NCBI GenBank assembly: GCA_934155645.1
Contig: CAKPHC010000007.1
Span: 9,475 to 73,474, forward strand
Direction: 5' to 3'
DNA: 64,000 nucleotides
Source: an uncultured Bacilli bacterium
GTDB taxonomy: Bacteria > Bacillota_I > Bacilli_A > RF39 > UBA660
Below the pieces are notes generated by a model. That model ran no database searches and had not been told where the DNA came from. It was given only the letters and a program-made list of their open reading frames with translations. The translations under genes were made by a program, and so were the position numbers. Positions 48,194 through 58,370 of this stretch are shown in pieces. Within the stretch, counting starts at the first letter, position 1. The number at the start of each line of letters is the position of its first letter.

Positions 48194-48772
48194 TTAATTC
48201 GCATCGTCAATTTCTTCTTTATACTTTGAATCATATAAATCAACAGAATCAGTAGTAGCTTCTTCTACAATATTATCGAATTTTGGTAATTCATCCTTAG
48301 ACGATAATCCAAAATAATCTAAAAACTCACTAGTAGTTTGATATAGTATTGGCCTACCTGGTAATTCGCTTCTTCCTACTTCTTTAACTAGTCCTTTAGC
48401 AACTAGTTTTTTTATCATTTCTCTACTACTTACTCCTCTTATCTCATCAACCATTAAACGTGTAATTGGTTCATTATAAGCAATAATTGCTAGAGTTTCT
48501 AATGCCGACTGAGATAAAACATTAGTCTCTGGATTTTCAATTAGTTTTTGATAATATTCCTTATGCTCCTTCTTAGTAGTAAGTTTAAATGTATTACCTA
48601 GAAAATTAATTCTGATTCCCCTATCATCTTTTTCATATTTTTCTTTTAATGACATTATTAATTCTTTTGCTTCATCATCATTTAGTGACATTATATCTTT
48701 TATTTGTTGCATTGTTAATCCATCATCACCTACTACAAATAAAAGTCCTTCTAAAACTGCTTCTAAATTCAT
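48194..48772 (-). CDS. scpB: Segregation and condensation protein B
   Basis: Winged-helix ScpB signature and scpA-scpB synteny. Confidence 0.85.
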   Translation of the reverse strand: MNLEAVLEGLLFVVGDDGLTMQQIKDIMSLNDDEAKELIMSLKEKYEKDDRGIRINFLGNTFKLTTKKEHKEYYQKLIENPETNVLSQSALETLAIIAYNEPITRLMVDEIRGVSSREMIKKLVAKGLVKEVGRSELPGRPILYQTTSEFLDYFGLSSKDELPKFDNIVEEATTDSVDLYDSKYKEEIDDAN

Positions 48773-49486
48773 CTATATCCCCTCACACATAATTTCACCA
48801 AAGTTTGATTCTTGTACAATAATTAATTCATTTTGTCTTGCCATCTCTAAAATAGCTAGAAACGTTACTACTACATATTCTTTGGTTAATACATCAAATA
48901 ATTCTAAGAAATTAAATTTATGTTTTTTCTTTAAAATATTTCTTATGGATTTTCTTCTATCCTCTACTGACATTTCTTTTTTTGTAACTTTTGTAGATAA
49001 AGGTTCGTTTTCTTTTTGCCTTTCTAAAAACTTTTGAAAAGCCTTAATTAAGTCATCTAAAGTTACATCTGTATTACTAATCACTTCTACTTCTGGTAGA
49101 TATTCTTTAATATTTTCTGGTGACTTAGTATATACTTTGTGTCGTTCTTCTTCTAATTCTTTAAACTCTTTAGTTAAATCTTTATATCTTTGATATTCAA
49201 TAAGTCTATTTACCAATTGTTCTTGTGGGTCTTCTTCTTGTTCTTCATCTTCATCATGTCTTGGTAAGAGCATCCTTGATTTCATTTCAATAAGTTCTGC
49301 AGCCATCACTAAGTAACTGCTTGCAATATCTAAATTCATTTCTTCCATTTTATTTATATATTCTAAATACTGGTCTGTAATTACTTCTATTTTTAAATCA
49401 AAAATATCCATTTTTGACTCTTTTATTAGATGTAATAATAAGTCTAATGGACCTTCAAACTCATTGATTTTAATTTCTATATTCAT
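48773..49486 (-). CDS. scpA: Segregation and condensation protein A
   Basis: N-terminal FEGPLDLLLHLI motif. Confidence 0.85.
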   Translation of the reverse strand: MNIEIKINEFEGPLDLLLHLIKESKMDIFDLKIEVITDQYLEYINKMEEMNLDIASSYLVMAAELIEMKSRMLLPRHDEDEEQEEDPQEQLVNRLIEYQRYKDLTKEFKELEEERHKVYTKSPENIKEYLPEVEVISNTDVTLDDLIKAFQKFLERQKENEPLSTKVTKKEMSVEDRRKSIRNILKKKHKFNFLELFDVLTKEYVVVTFLAILEMARQNELIIVQESNFGEIMCEGI

Positions 49487-49561
49487 CTTACCACTTCCAA
49501 TTGTTAATACAATTATAACACAACTTGCTTTTAGGCAAAAGAAAAAAGTTCTTACGAACTC

Positions 49562-49912
49562 TTAATTTTTAGGCCTACAGAATAATGAGAATACAAAAGT
49601 AAAGATAATTGCTGCTGTTATTCCGGATGCAGTTAAATCAAACATTCCCATTAGTATTCCAATAATGCCATACTCACTTGCTTTAGCTAATGCTCCATGG
49701 ATTAGGGAGTGTCCGAAACTAGTAATTGGTACCATTGCTCCTCCACCAACGCACATAATAATTTTATCATAAATGTTAAAAGTATCTAAGGCGGCCCCTA
49801 TAACTACAAATAAACTTGTAATGTGACCTGCAGTTAATTTGGTGTTATCAAGTATTATTTGCCCAGCCATAGATACTAATCCCGCAAAGAGAAATGAATA
49901 AACGTAAATCAT
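49562..49912 (-). CDS. spoVAEB: Stage V sporulation protein AE (SpoVAEB)
   Basis: 116 aa membrane protein downstream of spoVAD. Confidence 0.7.
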   Translation of the reverse strand: MIYVYSFLFAGLVSMAGQIILDNTKLTAGHITSLFVVIGAALDTFNIYDKIIMCVGGGAMVPITSFGHSLIHGALAKASEYGIIGILMGMFDLTASGITAAIIFTFVFSLFCRPKN

Positions 49913-50904
49913 CTTATCGCCTCCAAACTAATTGCATGTGCAATTGAATTTATATGTTCATGTTGATATACAAATGTTGGAGAAAATAATGCTCCAGTTG
50001 CTACAAATAAAACTCTATCAAGTTCCCCTTTTTCCATTTTAGGTAATATTTTTGAATAATTTACTAAAGCACTACAGACTGGACCTGAGCCACCTGCCAT
50101 TACTTCTTCTTGTTTAGATAAATCATAAAGCATTGTTCCAGCATCATCATAATTATTACTAATATCCATGCCATACTCACTGTGCATATAATCAATTAGA
50201 ATTTCTTTTCCATATACTCCTAGGTCTCCTGTAATAATTAGGTCATAATAATTTGGTTCTCTTTTTAATGCTTTTAAATGTTCATATATTGTGTTGCCTG
50301 CTGCTACTGCCATAACTGCTCCCATATTAAACGGGTCTGTTTGACCCATATCAGCTACTCTTCCTATTGTGGAAGATTCAATTTTAATTTTTCCTTTTTC
50401 ATTAGTTAGATAAATACTTGCTCCACCTGTCGAAGTAAAAGTTGCTGTTTTAGGTTTTGGAGCACCATACTCAGTAGGATTTCTAAATTGTTTTTCGCTA
50501 GACATATTATGAGACGAAGTTGCTGCTATACAATTTTTTACTTTACCTCCATCAATTAAACTAGAACCTAATATTATTCCTTCAGCACTAGATGCGCAAG
50601 CACTATATATTCCAAAGAAAGGTATGTCAAACTTTAAAGCAGCATAACTTGATGATGTTACTTGATTTAATAAATCTCCAGATATTAATACATCTATATT
50701 TTTCTTATCTTTATTTACTTTTTTTAACAAGATATCAATACTGTCAGTAAGCAATCTAACTTCTGCTTGTTCCCATGTTTCTTCGCCATTATATAAATTG
50801 GAATAACATTTATCAAAACCCTTTGATAATGGTCCATCTTTTTCGTATGGTCCAGTTACTGTTGAATATCCTCCAACGTATACATTGTTATATTCGTATG
50901 TCAT
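49909..50904 (-). CDS. spoVAD: Stage V sporulation protein AD
   Basis: Thiolase-like fold and the MTYEYNNVYVGGYSTVTGPYE N-terminus typical of SpoVAD. Confidence 0.8.
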   Translation of the reverse strand: MTYEYNNVYVGGYSTVTGPYEKDGPLSKGFDKCYSNLYNGEETWEQAEVRLLTDSIDILLKKVNKDKKNIDVLISGDLLNQVTSSSYAALKFDIPFFGIYSACASSAEGIILGSSLIDGGKVKNCIAATSSHNMSSEKQFRNPTEYGAPKPKTATFTSTGGASIYLTNEKGKIKIESSTIGRVADMGQTDPFNMGAVMAVAAGNTIYEHLKALKREPNYYDLIITGDLGVYGKEILIDYMHSEYGMDISNNYDDAGTMLYDLSKQEEVMAGGSGPVCSALVNYSKILPKMEKGELDRVLFVATGALFSPTFVYQHEHINSIAHAISLEAIR

Positions 50905-50905
50905 G

Positions 50906-51358
50906 TTATAGTCCTCCTAACAATAAATATCTTAGTGTTCCAAAAATCCATGCTGCTACTATTCCATATAGTATTACTGAACCTGCAAGTTTGAAGATAT
51001 TCATACCAAGTCCATATATTGGTCCTTCTTTGCGGTATTCTATTCCAGCACTTGTCATTGAATGAGCAAAACCTGTAATAGGTATTATTAATCCACATCT
51101 TGCAAATGTTACCCATTTATCAAAAAAGCCTAAGGCTGTAAATAGTGATGCTATAAATACTAACGTAACAATCATAAAAACTGAAGCATCTTTGGTAGAT
51201 ATCTCTAACCATGTTGAATAAAAATCAATTAATCCTTGCCCAATTATTCCTACTAATCCACCTACTAAAAAACTTATAAAGGCATTTTGTACCCTATTTT
51301 CTTTTGGTTTATGTCTATCAACAATTTTTTGGTATTCTTTCTTTTCCATTTTTATCAC
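50906..51358 (-). CDS. spoVAC: Stage V sporulation protein AC
   Basis: 150 aa membrane protein with the conserved SpoVAC N-terminus. Confidence 0.75.
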   Translation of the reverse strand: MIKMEKKEYQKIVDRHKPKENRVQNAFISFLVGGLVGIIGQGLIDFYSTWLEISTKDASVFMIVTLVFIASLFTALGFFDKWVTFARCGLIIPITGFAHSMTSAGIEYRKEGPIYGLGMNIFKLAGSVILYGIVAAWIFGTLRYLLLGGL

Positions 51359-51403
51359 CTATCAATATTTTCTCTAATATTGATATTTTTATACAAAAAA
51401 ATA

Positions 51404-52054
51404 CTAACTTGCTAATTTAGTTCTTAGCTTTGTTAGTATTTTAGTTTCATTTCTAGATACTTGAACTTGACTCATCCCTAGAATTTCAGATGTTTCTTGT
51501 TGACTTTTGTCATCATAATACCTAGCTTTTATTAATTTCTTTTCTTCTTCTGATAGTTTTGATATTTCTTCTCTTAAATCTAAGATGTTGTCATCATAAC
51601 CTTTTTCATTGTAACTTATTGAATCATATAAAGTCATTTCTTTACCATCATCATTTAATTCATAATCTAAGCTTTTTACATATTCACTAGCAATTGATGC
51701 TTCATTTATTTTTTCTAATGGTATTTCCAAGAAAAGTGATAATTCTTCATCCGTTGGAGTCCTCATCATTTTTTGTGCTAAAACTTCTCTTGCCTTAGTA
51801 ATAGAATTGTTTAAAGAAATCAAATCTTTACTTATTTTTATTACATTATTCTCTCTTATATATTTAAGTATTTCTCCTTTTATATACAAATATACATATG
51901 AAGATAAGTTATTACTTCCCTTACTTGCATCATAATTTTCCATAGCTTTCATGCAACCAATTCTTCCTTGTTGGCACAAATCTTCAAAATCATTACCAAA
52001 ACTATACTTGTGTGCAATACTGTAAATCATTTTTTCATAATCTTGTCCGTTCAT
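51404..52054 (-). CDS. sigF: SigF/SigB-group sigma factor, N-terminally short (216 aa)
   Basis: Region 4 ETSEILGMSQVQVSRNETKIL closely matches SigF. About 40 residues of region 1.2/2.1 appear to be missing relative to SigF. Confidence 0.65.
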   Translation of the reverse strand: MNGQDYEKMIYSIAHKYSFGNDFEDLCQQGRIGCMKAMENYDASKGSNNLSSYVYLYIKGEILKYIRENNVIKISKDLISLNNSITKAREVLAQKMMRTPTDEELSLFLEIPLEKINEASIASEYVKSLDYELNDDGKEMTLYDSISYNEKGYDDNILDLREEISKLSEEEKKLIKARYYDDKSQQETSEILGMSQVQVSRNETKILTKLRTKLAS

Positions 52055-52063
52055 ATTATCTCC

Positions 52064-52402
52064 TTAAATATTAATTATATTAAATGCACTAATTTCTCTT
52101 TCTGATAAATATATTTTATTTAATTCTCCTTGTTTTATATTAAGCTTTAGTGGACTATAATAACCACATATTAATAATCTTCCATCTTTTCCAATTAGCA
52201 TTTTATAACGCTCAACCATATTATTTAATTCATTGTTATTTATAATAGTAGTTTTTTCTAAGTTTATTAATAAATACTTAATACCAGCTTTCCTTATAGT
52301 ATCATCAATTATTTTTAATTTAGATGCTGTACTTTTATTTAATTCTCCTATCAATCTTACAAATAGTATTCCTCTTTTAAATTCAAATTCTATTTTAAGC
52401 AT
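52064..52402 (-). CDS. spoIIAA: SpoIIAA-like STAS-domain protein (anti-anti-sigma) lacking the phosphorylatable Ser
   Basis: ILFVRLIGELNKSTASKL aligns with the SpoIIAA N-terminus. The DSSG phosphosite is replaced by NNNE. Confidence 0.55.
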   Translation of the reverse strand: MLKIEFEFKRGILFVRLIGELNKSTASKLKIIDDTIRKAGIKYLLINLEKTTIINNNELNNMVERYKMLIGKDGRLLICGYYSPLKLNIKQGELNKIYLSEREISAFNIINI

Positions 52403-52467
52403 ATTATCTCCTCGCTATTAAATATAGTTTATATTTGTTTTATTTTATACCAATTCGACAAAACTAT

Positions 52468-53310
52468 TTATTTTTTTCGTACGACAAAAATCGACATTAG
52501 AATTAAAAAGATTACATAAAAGGCACAAGTACTATAATAAAACCATGTTATATCACTCTTACAATAAATTATTTTTGGTAAAGTAATTGGTTCTATTTTT
52601 AAAGGAGTTTCTACTATTTTAATTGTCTCTTCAGGATAATATTCACTAATATATTTGTTTTCTGTATAATTATTTGTAATGTTATTTACTGGCTCAGTAA
52701 CAATCGGTTCTTTAACATCATTTTTAGAAATATTTACAACTAAAGATACCTTTCTTTCTATATCAGAAGCCGATATTACTAATTCATATATATCATTTTT
52801 CTTTAAATCATATTCTCCTTTTATTTTTATTTCATCTTTCTTAAAATTAGTGTTCATATAACTATAAATGTCAAAGTCATAATCGTTGACAATTATTACT
52901 TCTGGTATTATTAAATACTCAGCCTTTTCAATTAAAACCTTCTTAGACATAACTGTACCTTGATAGATAAAATCTATTGAAGATTCACAATGATTCATTG
53001 TATCTAAATCATAATATAGTATTACATCTATTTCTTCTAGTGGAATATTAGTATATAAATAACTTTTGGGGTCAACATCTTTAGAATATACAACAAATTC
53101 ATCAGGAATTTCTATAAATCTTCTATACCTATATTTATATCTTAAGAAGCCAAATTCATAGTCTTTTTCTACTTCCACATCATAGCTTTCTTCTATTTCA
53201 AAGTCAGCATATTCGTATTCACTTTCATTAAAATAATAAACTTCTCCTTTTACTTCTTGCGGTATTATGAACATTAGAAAAAGAAAAGCAAATAAAAATA
53301 TTTTCTTCAT
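52468..53310 (-). CDS. Hypothetical secreted protein with C-terminal TM anchor
   Basis: Signal peptide, acidic Tyr/Glu-rich body and a C-terminal hydrophobic helix. Confidence 0.45.
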   Translation of the reverse strand: MKKIFLFAFLFLMFIIPQEVKGEVYYFNESEYEYADFEIEESYDVEVEKDYEFGFLRYKYRYRRFIEIPDEFVVYSKDVDPKSYLYTNIPLEEIDVILYYDLDTMNHCESSIDFIYQGTVMSKKVLIEKAEYLIIPEVIIVNDYDFDIYSYMNTNFKKDEIKIKGEYDLKKNDIYELVISASDIERKVSLVVNISKNDVKEPIVTEPVNNITNNYTENKYISEYYPEETIKIVETPLKIEPITLPKIIYCKSDITWFYYSTCAFYVIFLILMSIFVVRKK

Positions 53311-53393
53311 AAAATCACCTCAATAATATATAAAACATTTATGAAGTGTTTTCCTAAAAAAAAGAAAAAGATTTTTTCTTTTTCGATATAATA

Positions 53394-53693
53394 TTATTTT
53401 AAATTGCTGTAGTAAATAATTTCTTTGCCTAGCTTTTTCGCATACTCTATTTCAGAGTTTGTACTATCGCCAATATAATCATTAACATTTACTACTAAGA
53501 TAGCATCTGCTAATTCTATTCTTTTTAAGTGTTCATTTTTCAAGTTATTTAATTGTTCATCTGTTCTTTGATAGTTTTCCAACACAGGATAAATTGGTGT
53601 AAGAACACAATTTCCTTCTAACGCCATCTTTTCAGCAATTGTCATCATTTCCTTTTGAAATTTTAAACTTCCACATAAAGTAATTATTTTCAT
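53394..53693 (-). CDS. Small conserved hypothetical protein (possibly nucleoside 2-deoxyribosyltransferase-like fold)
   Basis: 99 aa with the pattern CGSLKF...ADAILVVNVNDYIGDST.EIEYA. Confidence 0.3.
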   Translation of the reverse strand: MKIITLCGSLKFQKEMMTIAEKMALEGNCVLTPIYPVLENYQRTDEQLNNLKNEHLKRIELADAILVVNVNDYIGDSTNSEIEYAKKLGKEIIYYSNLK

Positions 53694-53694
53694 T

Positions 53695-54177
53695 TTATAA
53701 CCTCTTTACATCAATCAACATTCGTGAGTGATACCCATCTTTTTTATAAAATTCAACAGCATTTTTGTTATATGCGAAAACATCTAAAAAAACATATTCA
53801 CAATTAATTGATTTAAAATAGTTTTCCATTTTCTTCATTAATTGTTTTCCAATTCCTTTACCTCTAGCTTCTTTAGAAATAATTAATTCTGATATTTCAC
53901 CACTTTTTGGACACTTGTAATCTAAATAATCATACTCATCATAAGTTCTAACATATCCCATAATTAATCCGATTGCTTTTTCGTTTTCAACTACTAAATA
54001 ACATTTACCATTATTATTTTTGACTTTTTCTAAATCTAAAACAGCCATTTTATCTCTATATTCTGGATGAAGTCTATCTAAGCTATCTTCATCTATACTG
54101 ATAATATATTCTTCTAATTCTACTAATAAATCTTTAATATCTCCTAAATACTTATCTTCATATTCAATTATTTGCAT
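53695..54177 (-). CDS. GNAT-family N-acetyltransferase
   Basis: Acetyl-CoA binding motif ARGKGIGKQLM. Confidence 0.75.
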   Translation of the reverse strand: MQIIEYEDKYLGDIKDLLVELEEYIISIDEDSLDRLHPEYRDKMAVLDLEKVKNNNGKCYLVVENEKAIGLIMGYVRTYDEYDYLDYKCPKSGEISELIISKEARGKGIGKQLMKKMENYFKSINCEYVFLDVFAYNKNAVEFYKKDGYHSRMLIDVKRL

Positions 54178-54277
54178 TAATAATTACTCCTTTTAAACCA
54201 ATTTCTTATTAATGTATTATATCATGGTTTTGAAAATAAAAAAAACACCTAGAATTGTTATTCTAAGTGTTCCTTTT

Positions 54278-55426
54278 TTAAATCATATTTCCTAGTAGTA
54301 TGTCTTTTAATGTTACTAGTATTGTTTTAAAGTATCCTAGTTTTTTTACATCTTCGTTTACAATTAAATCAACTTTTTTTATTGTTTTATTATTATCTTT
54401 AACTAATACTTTACCTATTACATCACCTTTTTTAAGAGGTAATTTTATTTCTTCTAGTTTAACATCTAAATCATATTTTTTACTTATCTCAGATTTTTTC
54501 TTTAATACTACTATATCTTCTTTAGGTGATAAACTAACCTTATTTTTAGTACCTTTATCTATTTTTATTTCTTGAATAATATCACTTTTATTCTTTACCA
54601 CATCTACTTTATATAAATTAAATCCATAATCCAGTAATTCTGAAGTCTCTTGATTCCTTACTTTTCCTGATACTTCCCCTAATACGATTGCAACTAAACG
54701 CATACCATCTCTTTTGGCAGTAACAGCCATACAATATCCAGCATTGTCAGTAAATCCTGTTTTTAAGCCATCGGCACCTTCATAGAATCTTACTAATTTA
54801 TTAGTATTAACAACCCAGTATTTATTAGGAGTATCTTGTCTTATATAATCTTCATATACTTTGGAAAATTCTAATATTTGTTCATGTTTTAATAATTCCT
54901 TAGCAATTAATCCCATATCGTATGCACTTGAATAATGATTTTCTTCATCTAGACCAGTTGGATTAACAAAATGAGTGTTTTTTAATCCTAGTTCTTTAAC
55001 TTTGTCGTTCATCTGTTTTACAAATGCATCTTCAGTTCCTGCTATTCGTTCTGCCATTGCTACTGTTGCATCATTAGCACTTGCCATAGTAATACCTTTC
55101 ATTAAATCTCTTACAGTCATTTCTTCACCTGGTTGTAACCATATTTGGGAACCGCCCATACCTGCGGCATTACTACTTACTTTTATTTTTTCATCCCAAG
55201 TTAAGGTCCCTTTTTCGATGTTTTCTAGAATTATAATTTGTGCAACCATTTTAGTCATAGAAGCAACTGATACTTTTTCATTTTTGTTTTTTTCATATAA
55301 TATTTCACCAGTACTAGCTTCTATTAATAATCCATTTTTAGCATTTGGTAATAACTCTTCCGCTTTAGTACTTAATGGAAATAAAAGAATCGTCATTAAT
55401 AATATAATAAATAATTTCTTTAACAT
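54278..55426 (-). CDS. dacF: D-alanyl-D-alanine carboxypeptidase (PBP5/DacF-type serine peptidase S11)
   Basis: Signal peptide, SMTKM (SxxK), SAN and KTG motifs, and a C-terminal beta domain. Confidence 0.8.
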   Translation of the reverse strand: MLKKLFIILLMTILLFPLSTKAEELLPNAKNGLLIEASTGEILYEKNKNEKVSVASMTKMVAQIIILENIEKGTLTWDEKIKVSSNAAGMGGSQIWLQPGEEMTVRDLMKGITMASANDATVAMAERIAGTEDAFVKQMNDKVKELGLKNTHFVNPTGLDEENHYSSAYDMGLIAKELLKHEQILEFSKVYEDYIRQDTPNKYWVVNTNKLVRFYEGADGLKTGFTDNAGYCMAVTAKRDGMRLVAIVLGEVSGKVRNQETSELLDYGFNLYKVDVVKNKSDIIQEIKIDKGTKNKVSLSPKEDIVVLKKKSEISKKYDLDVKLEEIKLPLKKGDVIGKVLVKDNNKTIKKVDLIVNEDVKKLGYFKTILVTLKDILLGNMI

Positions 55427-55565
55427 TATTTCACCTCTATTAAATTATTATGTAATACATCTGACTTATATTTCTATTTTATTTTTGTCTTATTTTGTAA
55501 TATAAACAGTAATCGGTTGACATATAATTTAGTAACCATATAATTATTTTTACGGAGGTTATCTA

Positions 55566-56423
55566 ATGACAAAGAAAATTACTATAGCAGTAGTAATAGC
55601 AGTTCTTGTAGGTAGTATCCTTATTAGTACTAAAGTTTTTTCTAAAAGTAAAAGTGGAAATTCTAAAGGTGAAGAAATAACTTTAAAAGAAAAATATAAA
55701 TTACTTGGCAACATCAATAAAAAAATTAATTATTTTAATGACGATTACATAGATAGGTATTTGGAATATAAAAAAAAGAATAAAGATTTATCGAATTTTG
55801 ATATTGTTTTAAGGGTTAATATTGGTCTTGATCAGGAATTTTATACTAATTTTAAAAAAGCTTTAAATATAGATACAACCTATGTATTAGTTAACAAGTA
55901 TTATAATTTAGATAGCGATTATGTTCCAAAAAATTTGGAAGTTATTGACTCTAAATATTCAGTTCCCGGTAAAAAGTTAGTAAATGTTGCTAGAATATCA
56001 TTTGAACATCTTGCTAAAAAAGCCGAAAGTGAAGGATATAGCATTAGAGCAGCATCAACATATAGAAGTTATTCTTATCAATCAAACTTATATGATAATT
56101 ATGTAAAACAAGATGGTGTTAGTAATGCTGATAAGTATTCAGCAAGACCTGGATTTTCTGAGCATCAAACAGGATTAGCAGTTGATGTTGATAATGGTAA
56201 AAGTAGTTTTAATAACTTTGAAAACACTAAAGAGTATAAATGGTTACTTGATAACGCTTATAAATATGGTTTTATTTTAAGATACCCCAAAGGCAAAGAA
56301 GATATAACTGGTTATATGTATGAAGCATGGCATTATCGTTATGTAGGTGTTGAGATAGCAGCTTTAATTCATGAGAATAATATGACATACGAAGAATATT
56401 ATTTTAAATATATTGCAAAGTAA
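55566..56423 (+). CDS. VanY-like zinc D-Ala-D-Ala carboxypeptidase (peptidase M15B); the only plus-strand gene
   Basis: N-terminal TM helix, SEHQTGLAVDV and WHYRYVG motifs. RBS GGAGG. Confidence 0.75.
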   Translation: MTKKITIAVVIAVLVGSILISTKVFSKSKSGNSKGEEITLKEKYKLLGNINKKINYFNDDYIDRYLEYKKKNKDLSNFDIVLRVNIGLDQEFYTNFKKALNIDTTYVLVNKYYNLDSDYVPKNLEVIDSKYSVPGKKLVNVARISFEHLAKKAESEGYSIRAASTYRSYSYQSNLYDNYVKQDGVSNADKYSARPGFSEHQTGLAVDVDNGKSSFNNFENTKEYKWLLDNAYKYGFILRYPKGKEDITGYMYEAWHYRYVGVEIAALIHENNMTYEEYYFKYIAK

Positions 56424-56436
56424 AAAGAAGCGATTA

Positions 56437-57663
56437 CTAATCTATAGTAAAAGCTTCTTTTATATTAAACTCTTCTTCTTTTTTATTTACATGTAATGTA
56501 CAAAGTACATCTCCTATATCTACTTTGTCCCCTACTTTTTTATGAAGAACAATTCCAACTGTGTGGTCTATTTCATCGTCTTTAGTTATTCTTCCTGCTC
56601 CTAATAGCATTGATACTTCTCCTACTATTTTAGCGTCTATTCCTGTAATTGTTCCTTTTTTATCACTTTTAATTTTTATCATTTTATTACTAATTGTTAG
56701 CTTAGATAAATCACCATGTTGATATTCAACAAATTCAATGAATTTATTATACGCCTTTCCTGTTTTAATAGAATCTAATACTTCTTCTTTTGCTTTTTCT
56801 AAGCTTATATCTTTACCCATACTAACCATATTGCTAGATAGTTCAATACACAATTCACCGAAGTCATTAGAAATATTACCTTTTAACGTATCAATAGCTT
56901 CTAGTACTTCAACACTGTTTCCTATACATCTACCTAATGGTGTATTCATTTCTGTAATAATAACTCTTGTTTCTTTATTAAAACCTTTACCTATTTTAAT
57001 CAATATCTCTTTTAATTTGTTAGCATCTTCTAAAGTATGAATTAATGCTCCAGTACCTAATTTTAAATCTATTAATATCTTATCAGCACCACTAGCTATT
57101 TTTTTACTCATTATAGACGATGCGATTAAAGGATAAGATTCAACTGTTCCAGTAACATCTCTTAAGGCATATATTTTTTTATCTAATGGTGCTAAATCCT
57201 TAGTTTGACTAGATATAACCATTCCTACTTGTTTTATTTCATTCATAAATTCATCTGTTTCAAGGGAAGTAACAAATCCTGGAATACTTTCTAATTTATC
57301 AATAGTACCACCGGTATAACCTAGTCCTCTTCCAGACATCTTGGCTACTTTTACTCCACAACTAGCAACGATTGGTGCGATTACTAAAGTAGTTTTATCT
57401 CCTACTCCTCCGGTTGAATGCTTATCTACTTTTACTCCTTCAATATCACTTAAATCTAATATTTCACCACTATCTATAAATATTTTTGTTAAATTAATTA
57501 TTTCTTCATCTTGCATTCCATTAATACATATTGCCATTAAAAGAGCGGACATTTGATAGTTTGTGATTTCATCATTTAAGTATCCCATGAAACTGTATTC
57601 TAATTCTTCATAACTTAGAGACTTTCCAACTCTTTTTTTATTAATAATATCAATTATATTCAT
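56437..57663 (-). CDS. pdp: Pyrimidine-nucleoside (thymidine) phosphorylase
   Basis: KHSTGGVGDK phosphate-binding motif. Glycosyltransferase family 3 fold. Confidence 0.85.
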   Translation of the reverse strand: MNIIDIINKKRVGKSLSYEELEYSFMGYLNDEITNYQMSALLMAICINGMQDEEIINLTKIFIDSGEILDLSDIEGVKVDKHSTGGVGDKTTLVIAPIVASCGVKVAKMSGRGLGYTGGTIDKLESIPGFVTSLETDEFMNEIKQVGMVISSQTKDLAPLDKKIYALRDVTGTVESYPLIASSIMSKKIASGADKILIDLKLGTGALIHTLEDANKLKEILIKIGKGFNKETRVIITEMNTPLGRCIGNSVEVLEAIDTLKGNISNDFGELCIELSSNMVSMGKDISLEKAKEEVLDSIKTGKAYNKFIEFVEYQHGDLSKLTISNKMIKIKSDKKGTITGIDAKIVGEVSMLLGAGRITKDDEIDHTVGIVLHKKVGDKVDIGDVLCTLHVNKKEEEFNIKEAFTID

Positions 57664-58322
57664 ACATTACCTTCTTTCTTATTAAAGTTTAATTTATTTA
57701 CTTGTCTTTCTCTTGCTATAGCTAAAGCATCTTCTTCTACATCTCTAGTAATTACTGAACCTGCTCCTATTAAACAATTTTTATTTAAAACAAGTGGCGC
57801 TACTAGAACAGTATTTGCTCCAATATAACTATTGTCACATATAACAGTTTTATTTTTTACTTTATCTTTACCATTTAGATTAGCAGTTATTGTACCACCG
57901 CCAATATTAACATTATTTCCTATAGTAGCATCACCTAAATATGATAGATGTTTTGCTTTGACATTTTCGTTTAAAGTACTATTCTTAATCTCTACAAAGT
58001 TTCCAATTACAACGTTATCCTTAATAATTGCATTTCCTCTTAATCTAGCATAAGGTCCTATATTGTTGTTATTACCTATTGTTGAGTTTTCAATATAAGA
58101 ATTAATTATCACGTTATTAGTTCCTATATTACTATTTATAATGATAGACCCCATATCAATTGTATTGTTTTCACCTATTATGGTGTTTCCTCTTATAGCT
58201 GTGTTAGGATATATTATAGTTCCTTTTTTTATTACTACTTCTTCATCAATATAAGTATTATTAATATCTATTATATTAACGCCGTTTTCTATTAGTTTTT
58301 TACAAATATCTTTATAATTCAT
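57660..58322 (-). CDS. Left-handed beta-helix acetyltransferase equivalent to the C-terminal domain of GlmU only
   Basis: VEIKNSTLNENVKAKHLSYLGDATIGNNVNIGGGTITANLNGKDKVKNKTVI aligns with the GlmU acetyltransferase domain. There is no uridyltransferase domain. Confidence 0.6.
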   Translation of the reverse strand: MNYKDICKKLIENGVNIIDINNTYIDEEVVIKKGTIIYPNTAIRGNTIIGENNTIDMGSIIINSNIGTNNVIINSYIENSTIGNNNNIGPYARLRGNAIIKDNVVIGNFVEIKNSTLNENVKAKHLSYLGDATIGNNVNIGGGTITANLNGKDKVKNKTVICDNSYIGANTVLVAPLVLNKNCLIGAGSVITRDVEEDALAIARERQVNKLNFNKKEGNV

Positions 58323-58370
58323 ATTATCACCATATTAAGTATATCAAAAAAAAGATACCTTTAGTATCTT

